Assembly: GCA_045606105.1 (NCBI GenBank)
Contig: JAZURI010000001.1
Span: 64,001 to 128,000 of the forward strand
DNA from: Spirochaetia bacterium
GTDB taxonomy: Bacteria; Spirochaetota; Spirochaetia; CADAEX01
DNA: 64,000 nt
Direction: 5' to 3'
Positions 36,122-46,300 of the stretch are shown here, piece after piece. The position numbers and the translations under genes were made by a program. The stretch's first letter is position 1. Each line of letters opens with the position of its first letter. The notes beneath the pieces were generated by a model. It was not told the DNA's origin. It searched no databases and saw only the letters and a list, made by a program, of their open reading frames with translations.

Positions 36122-36272
36122 CCTTATGATGATGTATGTGTTGGCTTAAATGGAGATTAAAAGGGTATAAAAAATAAGTTGAAAACACAGTAAAACACAA
36201 AAAAACACTCAAAAGCATGATATTTTTCTCAAATTAAATGCTTTTTTTTTGCAAAAAGCTCGATGCGTTACA

Positions 36273-36697
36273 TTTATACCATCAAAAAATTTAACATCTG
36301 TTATTTCTGTGATGCCGCATTTTTCCAATATTAATTTTGCAGCAGGCCAGTTTTCTTCTGAAATCCCTAATTTATGCCAAACTTGGTTTTGATTTGTACT
36401 TGCAGAGTCAGTAGTATGCTCTGATGATTCATCGGACATACCAGTTGAAACAGCACCCACAATAGCACACAAAAACATAAAAATTAAATACCCAATGGCA
36501 AAATTTTTTAATTTTTTTAATTTTCTTTTTTTAGTGTAGAAGTTTGACTCAGATGTATCCCACTCAGTTGAGTTTACCGGTTTAATTCGTGTTGCAAAAA
36601 TACAATCCCACTCCGAAATACGAGCACCGCAATGCGGACAACTTTTTGCCTTTGTAGAAACAGGATTATTACAATCTTTGCATAGTATTAGAGCCAT
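36273..36697 (-). pseudogene. 5' half of zinc-ribbon membrane protein gene interrupted by prophage
   Basis: MALI.CKDC...VS.KA.SCPHCG, TM helix; rejoins 2335-1909 to give 283 aa. Confidence 0.9.
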
Positions 36698-36798
36698 AGT
36701 AACCTCCTAAAATTAAATATACAAATATTTTATATCATTTCCTCTTATATAAGCAATAGCTTATAATGTTTTTGCTTATAATTCTCTATTCTTTTAAT

Positions 36799-37026
36799 AT
36801 GGAAATGAATATGGCAATTGCACAGGTCATAAAAGAATTAAGAAAAGAGAAAAGCATTTCTCAGGAAAAACTTGCAGATGCCATAGATTCACATCAGGTT
36901 TATATCTCGGAAATAGAAATGGGAAAGAAGATTCCATCAATAACAATACTTCATAATATAGCCATTTGCTTTGACATGAGTCTTACAAAACTTATTGAAA
37001 GAATAGAAAGCAAACTTGATACCTGA
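36799..37026 (+). CDS. XRE-family HTH regulator (C-protein-like); start uncertain
   Basis: IKELRKEK.ISQEKLA......YISEIE.GKK.PSI. Confidence 0.85.
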   Translation: MEMNMAIAQVIKELRKEKSISQEKLADAIDSHQVYISEIEMGKKIPSITILHNIAICFDMSLTKLIERIESKLDT

Positions 37027-37035
37027 CCTCCCCCC

Positions 37036-37563
37036 TCATTCATCATTTTCGCTGAGACTTCTGTATTTGGCGATTCCCAGGGTTTCATAGACCTCGTCGG
37101 CATCGAATTCTCCGCAGCATGACTCACTGGCCAGGAACACGGCCAGGGTTCTCCAGTCTGTTCCCATGTCAACCACATCGAAATCGTCATAGATGATTAC
37201 ATTGTCCTCAGGAACAATGCTTCCCTCTTCCGGATCTTCAAGGTTTTCCCAGGCGCATTTGTTGGAATAAGTTCCGGAGCAGATATGCCAGGCGGTGTTA
37301 TATGCTCCAAAACATGCTTCCCTGTCTTCAAGTACACAGAAAAAGTCTGATTTCAATTCGGTGATGTTTACCGCTTCCTCGTCCATTTCACCATCAATCC
37401 ATGGCCCCACCAGAACCTGTGCATCCTTGAACTTTTCGTCTGCTGCATATTCTTCGGCAACCTGAATTGCTTTGATAAAGGCCTCCTGGAAGTTGTCAAA
37501 AGGGTAACCTTTCCTGTGTCCTTTATTTATTCTGAGCACCAGATATTCGCTGTCATCGTATAT
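37036..37563 (-). CDS. Acidic hypothetical protein (ATA at 37563 behind strong RBS, or GTG 37539)
   Basis: ORF 167-175 aa coupled to upstream gene. Confidence 0.6.
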   Translation of the reverse strand: MYDDSEYLVLRINKGHRKGYPFDNFQEAFIKAIQVAEEYAADEKFKDAQVLVGPWIDGEMDEEAVNITELKSDFFCVLEDREACFGAYNTAWHICSGTYSNKCAWENLEDPEEGSIVPEDNVIIYDDFDVVDMGTDWRTLAVFLASESCCGEFDADEVYETLGIAKYRSLSENDE

Positions 37564-37565
37564 TT

Positions 37566-38252
37566 TTATTCCTCCTTATTCTTTTTTTCAGCATCTTTTC
37601 CTTCTTCTTCTCTGTAAAGGCTTTCCAGTATAGAAGCAGCTGCGCCAAAGAAGTCTTCATAAAGTTGTTTTCTGAGCTCTGGGTCTTTTTCTGCAACTTT
37701 GTCAAAGAGTTCAATAATTCTTCTTGTTTCATCGTCAAAAGTTTCCAGATCGGAGTCTGTAGTCGGAATTTTCTTTCCGTCGCCGGAAAAACCGAAATTT
37801 TCCAGGAACCGGCTGTATGAAATATATTCTTCCTCCGGCCATATGAAAACCTTGTCTGCATTGATTGTGATGTCGGATATATCAAAGGAAAAATGATCCG
37901 GGCATACAAAGTTTGCCATAAACTTGAAAAACGGTATAAAATCCTCATCCCCATTGTTCACTTCAAAGGGATCTTTATAGTTATCTATACATAAGGTTAT
38001 GCTTTTTTCCATCCTATCCCAGAACAGATAGTCATCAATCTGTCTGACCTGAGGTAAAAAGGTGCTTTCTTCGGTTTTATGTCCGTAAACGAATCCGTCC
38101 ACATTGGTTAAACTTAGATAAATTTCGTTTCCTTTGTTATCCGATACTTTGAGTTCACATATTGGTGGTCCGGGATGCCATCCGGAGCAGGACATTCCTC
38201 CGTCTGCCATTCCGTAGCTGATGGATACAACTTTGTATTTTTCAGAAGCCAT
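37566..38252 (-). CDS. Hypothetical protein
   Basis: 228-aa ORF with RBS AGGAG. Confidence 0.65.
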   Translation of the reverse strand: MASEKYKVVSISYGMADGGMSCSGWHPGPPICELKVSDNKGNEIYLSLTNVDGFVYGHKTEESTFLPQVRQIDDYLFWDRMEKSITLCIDNYKDPFEVNNGDEDFIPFFKFMANFVCPDHFSFDISDITINADKVFIWPEEEYISYSRFLENFGFSGDGKKIPTTDSDLETFDDETRRIIELFDKVAEKDPELRKQLYEDFFGAAASILESLYREEEGKDAEKKNKEE

Positions 38253-38400
38253 GATTCTCTCCTTTGACTACATTGTAACATCAGGGCTGTGTCATAGAGT
38301 GATACAGGGTGAAAAATATTTGGGTGATTTTTTAATTGTAATTTTAGATTGCCCTTGCTCGGTGCTCTGCGGGTTTCAAGTCCTTTCATCGTATGGGCAT

Positions 38401-38431
38401 AAAAACAGCCGACATGAAGTCGGCTGTTTTT
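38401..38431 (-). terminator. Terminator after tRNA-Leu
   Basis: AAAAACAGCCGAC-ATGAA-GTCGGCTGTTTTT. Confidence 0.85.
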
Positions 38432-38433
38432 TC

Positions 38434-38517
38434 TGCCCGGAAGAGGACTTGAACCTCCATGACCGTGAAGTCACTAGAACCTGAATCTAGCGTGTCTACC
38501 AATTTCACCATCCGGGC
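38434..38517 (-). tRNA. tRNA-Leu (CAG)
   Basis: GCCCGGA acceptor, D-loop TGGTAGAC, anticodon arm CTAGA-TTCAGGT-TCTAG, long variable arm, GGTTCAAGTCC T-arm; CCA not encoded. Confidence 0.95.
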
Positions 38518-38621
38518 TTATTTGTAAGCATGATAATCATAAACAAGGATGCCCCCATTTGTCAATAAATTAACTTGTTTATTTCGGTATAAAATGATAT
38601 TTTAGAGCAAAGGAAGATATT

Positions 38622-39440
38622 TTGGGGCTTAAAGTTTTATTCATCGGAGAAATTGTAGGCAAGTCGGGTGTGTTCTGCATCAAGAAGCTTCTTAACGAGG
38701 TAAAGCAGGAACACGGCGTGGATTTTGTCATTGCTGCCAGCGAAGGTACTACCGGCGGTTTCGGTATAGGCAGGGCTCATTCCGTATATCTGAGAAAGCT
38801 TGGTATCGATGTCCTTACTTCAGGAGAAAAGATTTTCTTCAAGAAGGATATAGTGGAGCATCTTCCCAAGGCTCCGTGGCATCTCAGACCTGTGAACTTT
38901 CCTTACGGATGTCCGGGGCGCGGGTGGAGAATCTACACTGTCGGCGATACAAAGATTGCTGTCATCAATATTCTCGGCAATTCCGGCTTCAACAGGACCC
39001 ATCTCAATAACCCATTTATCATCCTTCCCGAAATAGTGGCCAAGGCCAAGGAGGAGACTCCGGTGGTCATAGTGGATTTCCATGCTTCCACCACAGCCGA
39101 GAAAAAGACTATGTTCTTCCATATGGACGGCAAGGTAAGTGCGGTGATCGGTACCCATACCAAGGCTCTTTCCGCAGACGAGAAGGTACTTCCGGGGGGA
39201 ACTGCCGTTATCTGCGATTCGGGGCGTACGGGCAGTCTCAATTCCGTAGGGGGACTGGATCCGGAAATTGAAATCAGGAAATACATTACACAGCTGCCTG
39301 AAAGATCCCGTGAATGCTGGGAAAATCTTGAGCTGCAGGGTGTGATTATCGATATTGACAAATCTACCGGCAAGGCCCTTTCCATAGAGCGTATCAGGAA
39401 GAGCTGCAGGCAGGAAGAAGGAGAGTCCATAGATGTATGA
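38622..39440 (+). CDS. TIGR00282/YmdB family metallophosphoesterase
   Basis: FIGEIVGK.G, VDFHA.TT.EK, GTHT, D.G.TG motifs. Confidence 0.88.
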   Translation: MGLKVLFIGEIVGKSGVFCIKKLLNEVKQEHGVDFVIAASEGTTGGFGIGRAHSVYLRKLGIDVLTSGEKIFFKKDIVEHLPKAPWHLRPVNFPYGCPGRGWRIYTVGDTKIAVINILGNSGFNRTHLNNPFIILPEIVAKAKEETPVVIVDFHASTTAEKKTMFFHMDGKVSAVIGTHTKALSADEKVLPGGTAVICDSGRTGSLNSVGGLDPEIEIRKYITQLPERSRECWENLELQGVIIDIDKSTGKALSIERIRKSCRQEEGESIDV

Positions 39441-39834
39441 AAGCGGTGTAGTTCAGAGTGTATCAGGTAAGGTTGTCCAGGTGAAATGCGGAACTCCAAG
39501 TTCCTGTCATTCATGCAAGTCCCCTCTGTGCAGCAGAAAGGACCGCATCATTCCGGCCAGAAATGCCAATGATTTTCCTCTTGAGCCGGGCGACGAGGTT
39601 GAATTCTATATTGCTCCCGGAAAGACTATTTTCGAGAGCTTCATAGTTCTTATGCTTCCCCTGTTCCTTTTTATTCTTTTCTTTGTTGCGGGAGAATTCG
39701 TTTTCCATCTTGATACCGAATTCAAGAAGGTACTGTGCGGTATTATCGGTATAGGAAACGGTTTTATCATTGCCCTTTTCTACAGCCGCATGAGAAAGAA
39801 CAAGGATATTCCGGTTATTACAAAGAAGTGGTAA
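39433..39834 (+). CDS. RseC/MucC family protein
   Basis: C...SSC.SC...C cluster, two TMs, P.I tail. Confidence 0.8.
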   Translation: MYESGVVQSVSGKVVQVKCGTPSSCHSCKSPLCSRKDRIIPARNANDFPLEPGDEVEFYIAPGKTIFESFIVLMLPLFLFILFFVAGEFVFHLDTEFKKVLCGIIGIGNGFIIALFYSRMRKNKDIPVITKKW

Positions 39835-40564
39835 GGGTTTCCCTTATAATTGTCTTTACGGCGGCGGTGGCATAGATAGCTGCAGTTTCGGCCCTCAGTA
39901 TGTTTGATCCCAGATAGATGCTTCTGAAGCCTTTGGCTCTGAGGATTTCTATATCCTTGTCCGAAAGTCCCCCTTCAGGCCCTATGAATATGAATATTTT
40001 TTTCAGTCCCGGTACCAGCTGTCGGTGCATGGTATTTTCAGCCAGCTTTTCCTGATGGAAGAAAAGCCCGGCTTCCCCCTCTCCGATCTGAGGAATGGCA
40101 TCAATCTTTATCATTTCCGAGGTTTCGGTATGAATCCGGCTGTTGCTCTGCTGCATGGCTTCCTTGATTATCCTGTCCCACCGTTCAGGCTTCTCGTTCT
40201 TGAAATCCTTCAGGTGAATCTGTGAAAATTCGGTATCCACGGGTATTACGGCCCTGATTCCCGCTTCGGTGGCCTGTCTGATTATCAGGTCCATGTTCCT
40301 GCTCTTGATAAGGGACTGGTAAAGGTATACCTCCGGTTCTCCGCTCTCTGTATCAGGATTCTCCTCCACAGGCTCCAGCTCCAGTATCACATCCTTTTCC
40401 TCGATTTTCACGGTTCCCTGCCAGTTCCTGCCGGCTGAATCGGTGCATCTGAGCTCCCTGCCGCTTCTGATACGCAGCACGTTCCTGAGGTAGTGGGAGT
40501 CCTTCTCTTCCAGAAGAAGCCGGCTTTCTCCCTTGAAATATCCCGGCAGCATGAATTGCTTCAT
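39818..40564 (-). CDS. rsmE: 16S rRNA m3U1498 methyltransferase
   Basis: HYLRNVLR, ATE.G, EA.QQS, IGPEGG, LG.NILRAETA. Confidence 0.92.
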   Translation of the reverse strand: MKQFMLPGYFKGESRLLLEEKDSHYLRNVLRIRSGRELRCTDSAGRNWQGTVKIEEKDVILELEPVEENPDTESGEPEVYLYQSLIKSRNMDLIIRQATEAGIRAVIPVDTEFSQIHLKDFKNEKPERWDRIIKEAMQQSNSRIHTETSEMIKIDAIPQIGEGEAGLFFHQEKLAENTMHRQLVPGLKKIFIFIGPEGGLSDKDIEILRAKGFRSIYLGSNILRAETAAIYATAAVKTIIRETLTTSL

Positions 40565-41943
40565 TTTACCTTTATTTCCCCGTTTTCAAGCATTTTTACC
40601 GCCTCCTGAAGAACAATGTCATATTCCATGTCAAATACAGGAGGATTGTTCAGCTTCAGGTTAAGCTCGTTGCGGATCATTTTTCTGATTACCCTTTCCT
40701 CCAGGACTATATTATCCTTTCTGAGCTTCTTTATGAAATTGTTGATTTCTCTTTCAGACGGCTTCGGATTATCCTTCACGAAATTGCTGATTGTGAATTC
40801 CTCCACCAGCTTCTTGTAGGATTCCATCTCCTCATCGGTAAATTCCTTTTCCTTCACCTCTTTCAGCGGAGGGATTCCCACCTTGTCTATGTTCTTGTCC
40901 TCCGGTGTGTAATACTTTGACATGGTAAGCTTGAAGCCGCTGAGACCGATGGAGTGTACCTGCTGTACCGAGCCCTTTCCGTAGGTGGTTTCTCCGATAA
41001 GTACTCCTCTTCCGTTGTCGCTGAGTGCGGCGGCCAGGATTTCAGATGCAGATGCCGACCCCTTGTCAATAAGGAGTGCTATAGGAACCGATTTGTCCAG
41101 AAGCATTTTCTTGTCAGCCTTGTAGACATGGTTTTCGGACGGAAGCTTGGATTTTGTGCTGACTATGATTCCCGAATCCAGGAAGTAGTCTGCTATCTCG
41201 CATACGGCGTTCAGAACACCGCCCGGATTGCTTCTCAGGTCGATTACCAGATATTTTATATCCTTTTTATTGAAAGCCTTCAGAGCCTCCTTCACCTTTT
41301 CCGGTGTGTTTGGGGTGAACTGGATTATCCTGAGATAGGCTGTTTCCTTGTCGATATAGTCAAACTTGACTGACGGAACCTGAATAACGGCTCTGGTTAT
41401 CTTGTGGGTAAAGGTTATGTTCTCTCCTCTGAGGAAGGTAATGTTCACATCGGTGCCAGGTTCTCCCCTGAGTTGGTCGGTAACCTCGTCCAGGGCCATT
41501 CCTTCAGTATCCATATCCTCGATTTTAATTATCAGGTCTCCCGCATTGATTCCCAGCTTGTAGGCCGGTGTATCCTCGATAGGGGCAACTACGCGCACAT
41601 ACCTGTCATCCGGCATCTTGCTGATATAAAGTCCCACACCGCCGAATTCTCCCGTGGTGGTATCGGCCAGGGCTTCCATGTCATCTTCCGTAAGATATAC
41701 CGAATACGGATCGTTGAGGCTTTCGAACATCCCCTTCATGGCCCCCTCGAAAAGGGTCTTTTCATCCACTTCATCCACGTAGTGACCCTGTATGAACCTC
41801 ATGAGCTCACTGAATATCCTGGAATAATGGCTGTTCAGGCTTCCGCTCTGTGCCAGAAGCGCTACCGGTGAAAATGCTGCCAGAAGAATGACAAAAACAA
41901 AGAAAGATGTCATTCCTGTCCATATATGTCTTTCGTTTTTCAT
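40561..41943 (-). CDS. C-terminal processing protease (S41A, PDZ)
   Basis: LNDPYSVY, FGGVG, DLRSNPGG, SASASEI, TYGKGSVQ. Confidence 0.92.
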   Translation of the reverse strand: MKNERHIWTGMTSFFVFVILLAAFSPVALLAQSGSLNSHYSRIFSELMRFIQGHYVDEVDEKTLFEGAMKGMFESLNDPYSVYLTEDDMEALADTTTGEFGGVGLYISKMPDDRYVRVVAPIEDTPAYKLGINAGDLIIKIEDMDTEGMALDEVTDQLRGEPGTDVNITFLRGENITFTHKITRAVIQVPSVKFDYIDKETAYLRIIQFTPNTPEKVKEALKAFNKKDIKYLVIDLRSNPGGVLNAVCEIADYFLDSGIIVSTKSKLPSENHVYKADKKMLLDKSVPIALLIDKGSASASEILAAALSDNGRGVLIGETTYGKGSVQQVHSIGLSGFKLTMSKYYTPEDKNIDKVGIPPLKEVKEKEFTDEEMESYKKLVEEFTISNFVKDNPKPSEREINNFIKKLRKDNIVLEERVIRKMIRNELNLKLNNPPVFDMEYDIVLQEAVKMLENGEIKVK

Positions 41944-42043
41944 AAATGCCTCGTTTATCAAATATTCACCTTATAAAAGTTATTTGTCAAGCAAGTTAAT
42001 TAAATTTGACTTGACCTCCTGAGAAGAGAATCTTAAACTGTAC

Positions 42044-42409
42044 TTGATGAAGAAACTCATTTTTACAGGCTTCCTGTGGGAAGTCATAAGATTCTTTTAT
42101 GTTTATTTCTTCGCATCTGCCACAAACAACTTCGATCTGTTTCTCTGGATAAATTCCCAGCAGATCATTACGGTTTTTGCTATATATTTCCTGTATCGGG
42201 ATCCGGTCCGCTTCTTTCAGTTTTCAAAGCTTGTGCTGGTGGCCAAGATTTTCGCCGTGGTAACAGGACTTCTGTTTATCTTCAAGCTGCTCAACACCCC
42301 GGGCCTTATTACGCTGCCGGTAATTGCTGTTCCCGGCTTTGTTGTATTTGCGGATCTGCTGATGCTGATTCTTTTTGCCTGCATGGTCAGAAAGGGGGAT
42401 AATGCCTGA
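42044..42409 (+). CDS. Hypothetical membrane protein
   Basis: Multiple TM segments; coupled to lgt. Confidence 0.65.
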   Translation: MMKKLIFTGFLWEVIRFFYVYFFASATNNFDLFLWINSQQIITVFAIYFLYRDPVRFFQFSKLVLVAKIFAVVTGLLFIFKLLNTPGLITLPVIAVPGFVVFADLLMLILFACMVRKGDNA

Positions 42410-43341
42410 TGCTGTATATCGATTTTCCGTCCTGGCTCCATCCGGAAATCATTCCGGGATTTCCCGTACGCTGGTACGGACTCATGTATCTGTTTGCCTT
42501 TGTTATTGCATATATTCTATTCCGTGTTCAGATCAGGGAAAAGCAGCTGGACTGGAACAAGGATGAGGTTTCTTCCCTTTTTACCTGGGGAATCCTGGGG
42601 CTTCTTCTGGGTGCCCGTCTCTTTGCCACACTGGTTTATGACAGAACCGGACGGTATCTGGAAAATCCGCTTCTCATTTTCTGGCCTTTTGATGAGAGCT
42701 TCAGCTTCGTGGGCTTCCAGGGAATGTCCTATCACGGGGGACTCATAGGTGTTGTTATCGGAATAATTCTTTTTTGTAAAAGAAAAAATAAAAGCATACT
42801 CCAGACCACGGATCTTCTTGTGGCAGCCATTCCTTTCGGTTATTTCTTCGGAAGGATGGGAAACTTCATAAACGGAGAGCTTTACGGTCGTGTTACTGCC
42901 GGCAGCTTCGGAATGATCTTTCCTTTTGCCGAAAGATTTCCGGTAAAGGAGAGCTGGGTTGCCGAAATAATGGAAAAGACCGGTGCCAATGTGGTGGCCG
43001 GCGGACTTGTGAACCTGCCGAGACATCCGAGTCAGCTTTACGAGGCAGCCTTTGAGGGAATAGTCCTGGGACTGGTACTCTGGTTTGTTTTCCGCCGTCT
43101 CAGGCTCAGGACCGGTGTCATGACAGGTCTCTATCTGCTCGGATACGGCCTTATCCGCTTTGTCATCGAATACTTCCGCGAGCCGGATGCTGAACTGGGC
43201 TTTATCCTTTCCCTTTCGGGTGAGAACAATCCTATCTGGCTGTGCAGCTCCGTTCTCGATTTTTCCATGGGGCAGGCCCTCTGCATGCTGATGATGCTTT
43301 CGGGAACAATTTTAATCGGTATTATTCTGAAGCGTAAATAA
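42409..43341 (+). CDS. lgt: Prolipoprotein diacylglyceryl transferase
   Basis: RWYGLMY, GMSYHGG, GR.GNFINGELYGR, RHPSQLYE, E.FREPD. Confidence 0.95.
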   Translation: MLYIDFPSWLHPEIIPGFPVRWYGLMYLFAFVIAYILFRVQIREKQLDWNKDEVSSLFTWGILGLLLGARLFATLVYDRTGRYLENPLLIFWPFDESFSFVGFQGMSYHGGLIGVVIGIILFCKRKNKSILQTTDLLVAAIPFGYFFGRMGNFINGELYGRVTAGSFGMIFPFAERFPVKESWVAEIMEKTGANVVAGGLVNLPRHPSQLYEAAFEGIVLGLVLWFVFRRLRLRTGVMTGLYLLGYGLIRFVIEYFREPDAELGFILSLSGENNPIWLCSSVLDFSMGQALCMLMMLSGTILIGIILKRK

Positions 43342-43373
43342 AGCTTTAACCCGTTTTATAAGCAGGAGCTTAA

Positions 43374-46300
43374 ATGAAAAAGGCACTGCTTATATTTCTT
43401 CTTTACAGTTTTACGGTCTCTGTCTCTGCATACGACAAGGAGTATTTCACCAGGATTCTCAGCGAAACCGGTTCCATAGGGCTGAGTACCCTTCTTCACC
43501 GTTATCCGGGAAATGAACATGAAATAAGGAACGAATATGCCCGTCTTCAATGGGAGGAGATAAAAAGGGAGCTGGATTGTCCCGACAGTGAAAGACTTGC
43601 AGCCCTTCTGAAGGAGCTTTCTGACGGAATGGAACGAAAGGATGCTTCGGAGCTGGATAGGGAGCTGGCCTTGTGGAAGGAGGCCGGAAGCAGGGAACTG
43701 GAACGGGTTTACGGGGAATGGGAGGAGAATGCCTCTGTCAGATATGATGAGCTTACATCGGTCATGGACAGCGAAATAAGACTTTTTACCGATATTTCCT
43801 TCGAAGATTACAGGAAAAGCATCCGTAGGGAAATGGAGATAATGCTGGAGGCCCGTCAGAGGGAATTTCTGAATTCCAGAATTGCAGAAAAGGATTCAGC
43901 CGGAGGTGAAAGGGAGGATAAGACCGGATACAGCCTGGTTTCGGAGCTGCTGGAGAATGTACCCGAAATCTATACCGAGCCTGTAACCGAGGCCCTTGAA
44001 GGATGGTACGAAAGCGGTCTCCGGCTGGCGGAAGCCAGGGCTCATTGGGAAAAGGGGGTTGCTGAGGGATTTGCCGAGGCAGAGAAAAAATGGGATCAGG
44101 CTCTTCTTGTGTACGAAACTGAAAAAGAGGTATGGCTGGGAGAAATCGAGGCTGCCTTACGGGAAGGGGAAAAGATCTTTGCGGAAAGACTTTCCGATTT
44201 TGAGGAGCTGTCTGCCCTGCGGTTCACGGAAATAAGCACCATGCTTGAAAAACAGGCCCGGACTGTTTCTCAGAAGATAGAAGGATATCTTTCCGGCTAC
44301 GAAGCGGTGAATGTTATGCTCCGGGAGGCTGAATACAATGCCCTTCTTGCCGAAACCGAAATTCTCAGGCTTGAAGCAGCCAAGGCTTCTCCGGCCGCCT
44401 CCCTTGCCGATTACCGGGCTCTTCTTGCAGATACACGGAACAAGGCCCGGGAAGCAGAGCAGAGAAGGGAGAGTCTTATCCATGAAATGAACAATTATGA
44501 TAATGATGCCACCCATTTTCAGTTTACGAAGGAAAATTTTCCGGGAAGGATAAAGGAGGCAGAGGAGGAAAGGGACAGTTATCTTGCCTTGATACCGGCA
44601 CTTCAGAAGCAGGTGGCGGAATTTGAATCCCTGGTTTCGGAAACAGACAGGGAGATTGAAGAATACCGGAGCCAGGAAATCTTCTGGAAAAAAGCAGTGA
44701 AGCGGTATGTAGAAACAGAGGAAAAGCTGCGGACCGGACTTGCCTCCCTTGAAGCGGAAATAAAGGATTCATCCGGACTGGAGGCTGATTCCAGGGAAAT
44801 GATTCTTGAGGATATGAACAGAAGGCTCAGGATGTACAGGGAGCTGTACGATTTTGCCGTGGAGAGCGGCTCCGGCGGAAAAACAGCCTTTGATACAAGG
44901 GAAAATCTCGAAAAGGCCGGGGAGCTGCTGGCAGAGGCGGAGCTGGCCTACGGTGCCGCAGTGGAAAACATGGGCGGCTACGGAGAAAGAACGGAGCAGC
45001 TTCTGTCGGAGATACAGCTTCTTTCCGAAGAATTGGATAAGACCTGCCGGGATCTGGCAGAGGTCCAGTCTGAATATAATCTTTATTATGAGCTTTTCAT
45101 GAATGACGGAGCCGGAATGCTGAAAACAGCCCTGGAGGAGGAAGAGCAGCTTCTGTCAGAATACAGAGCTTCCCGACAGGAGGCCTGGATTGATTATTTC
45201 ATGAAATGCCAGGCTGCGGAACGGGGTATGATGCTTCCTTTTAATGAACTGAGGGAGGCGGTTACGGTTTCCGTACAGAGCTGCCTGCAGCTTCTGGAGG
45301 AGGATATAAGCGAGGAGGAAAGACTTCTCCTTGAGGATGAGCTTGAAAGCCTGCTGGCAGCCGAAAAGCTGTTTGCCGGTATGGAAACAGTGCCGGAGCC
45401 CGGTACCGTGGAATCCGTATATCTCCGCAGATGCCTTGAATGGGAGCAATGGAACCGGGACCGGGGAGCTGCCCTTATTGCCGGCTTGTTCGGTTTTGAC
45501 GGTACGGAGACACAGGAGGAGGCTGAAAGCTTTCTAATGGAATTGTCTGAATCCGGTTTTCTTCCCGGTTATCTTCTTTATTGTGCCGCCGGATACCTTA
45601 AGCAGTTTCACGATTTCTCAGGTAACGATGAGCTTGCACTTCTTTATGAAGGGGCAGTCGGATATGACAGCGGACTTTTCGGAAAGGCCCTTTCAATATA
45701 TATGTCCGGGAATCCGGCTCCTGCTTCCGCAGATGATGCAGAGGTGGCCCGTACAGCTGCACTTGGGACAGAGAACATGATATCTATCACCGAGGCAGGT
45801 CTGAATGAAAAGAGACGGCTTCTGGAGGCTCTGGAAAGGGACAGGCATACCTTCTGCACTCTTTATGTGGAGCCTTATTCGAAAAAGCTGAGTGTATTGC
45901 AGAAAAATGAGGAGAGGCAAAGGGAGGCGTATAACCGGGCTCTGGATGAAATTGACAGTCTGCTGGCCGGGTACGATGAACGGAAAAAAGAGGCCCGGGA
46001 GAAGTATTCCCTCTGGCAGGAGGCTCTTTACAGTGCAGAACTGACAGAAAAAATCCATCTTTATGCCGCTTCTCCCTATTCCTCTCCTGAGGATATTCTT
46101 GCAGAAATCGAAAAACAGGAGGCTCTTATTGCCGATTACAGTCAGTTTTCCGCTGTCAGGGATCATATCTCCTCTTCCGATATGGTTTCCGCAGAAAATT
46201 TCTACAGGGCTGTGGATACGGAGCTTTATCTGAACAGCGTTGCCGGCAGGGTAGAGGAAAAGGAACGGAGCTGGCAGAGCAGAATCAGTTCTTCATTGAG

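Larger units (their letters stand above)
2341..36272. mobile_element. Mu-like transposable prophage (siphovirus-type tail), ~33.9 kb, apparently complete
   Basis: Ends TGTAA.../...TTACA, 5-bp TSD, MuA DDE transposase, MuB ATPase, Gam, GemA, Mor, DUF3486, terminase, portal, MuF, protease, capsid, tape measure, tail tip genes. Confidence 0.95.

Noticed and set aside
29351-36272. Diversity-generating retroelement or invertible tail-fibre segment
   Set aside because: No reverse transcriptase, invertase, template/variable repeat pair or flanking inverted repeats seen
36209-36272. Last ~20 codons of ORF 36209-36697
   Set aside because: Read-through into the phage right end, not part of the original host gene
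38434-38517. tRNA-Leu as the prophage attachment site
   Set aside because: No integrase or direct att repeat; the phage is transposable and ends 2.1 kb away
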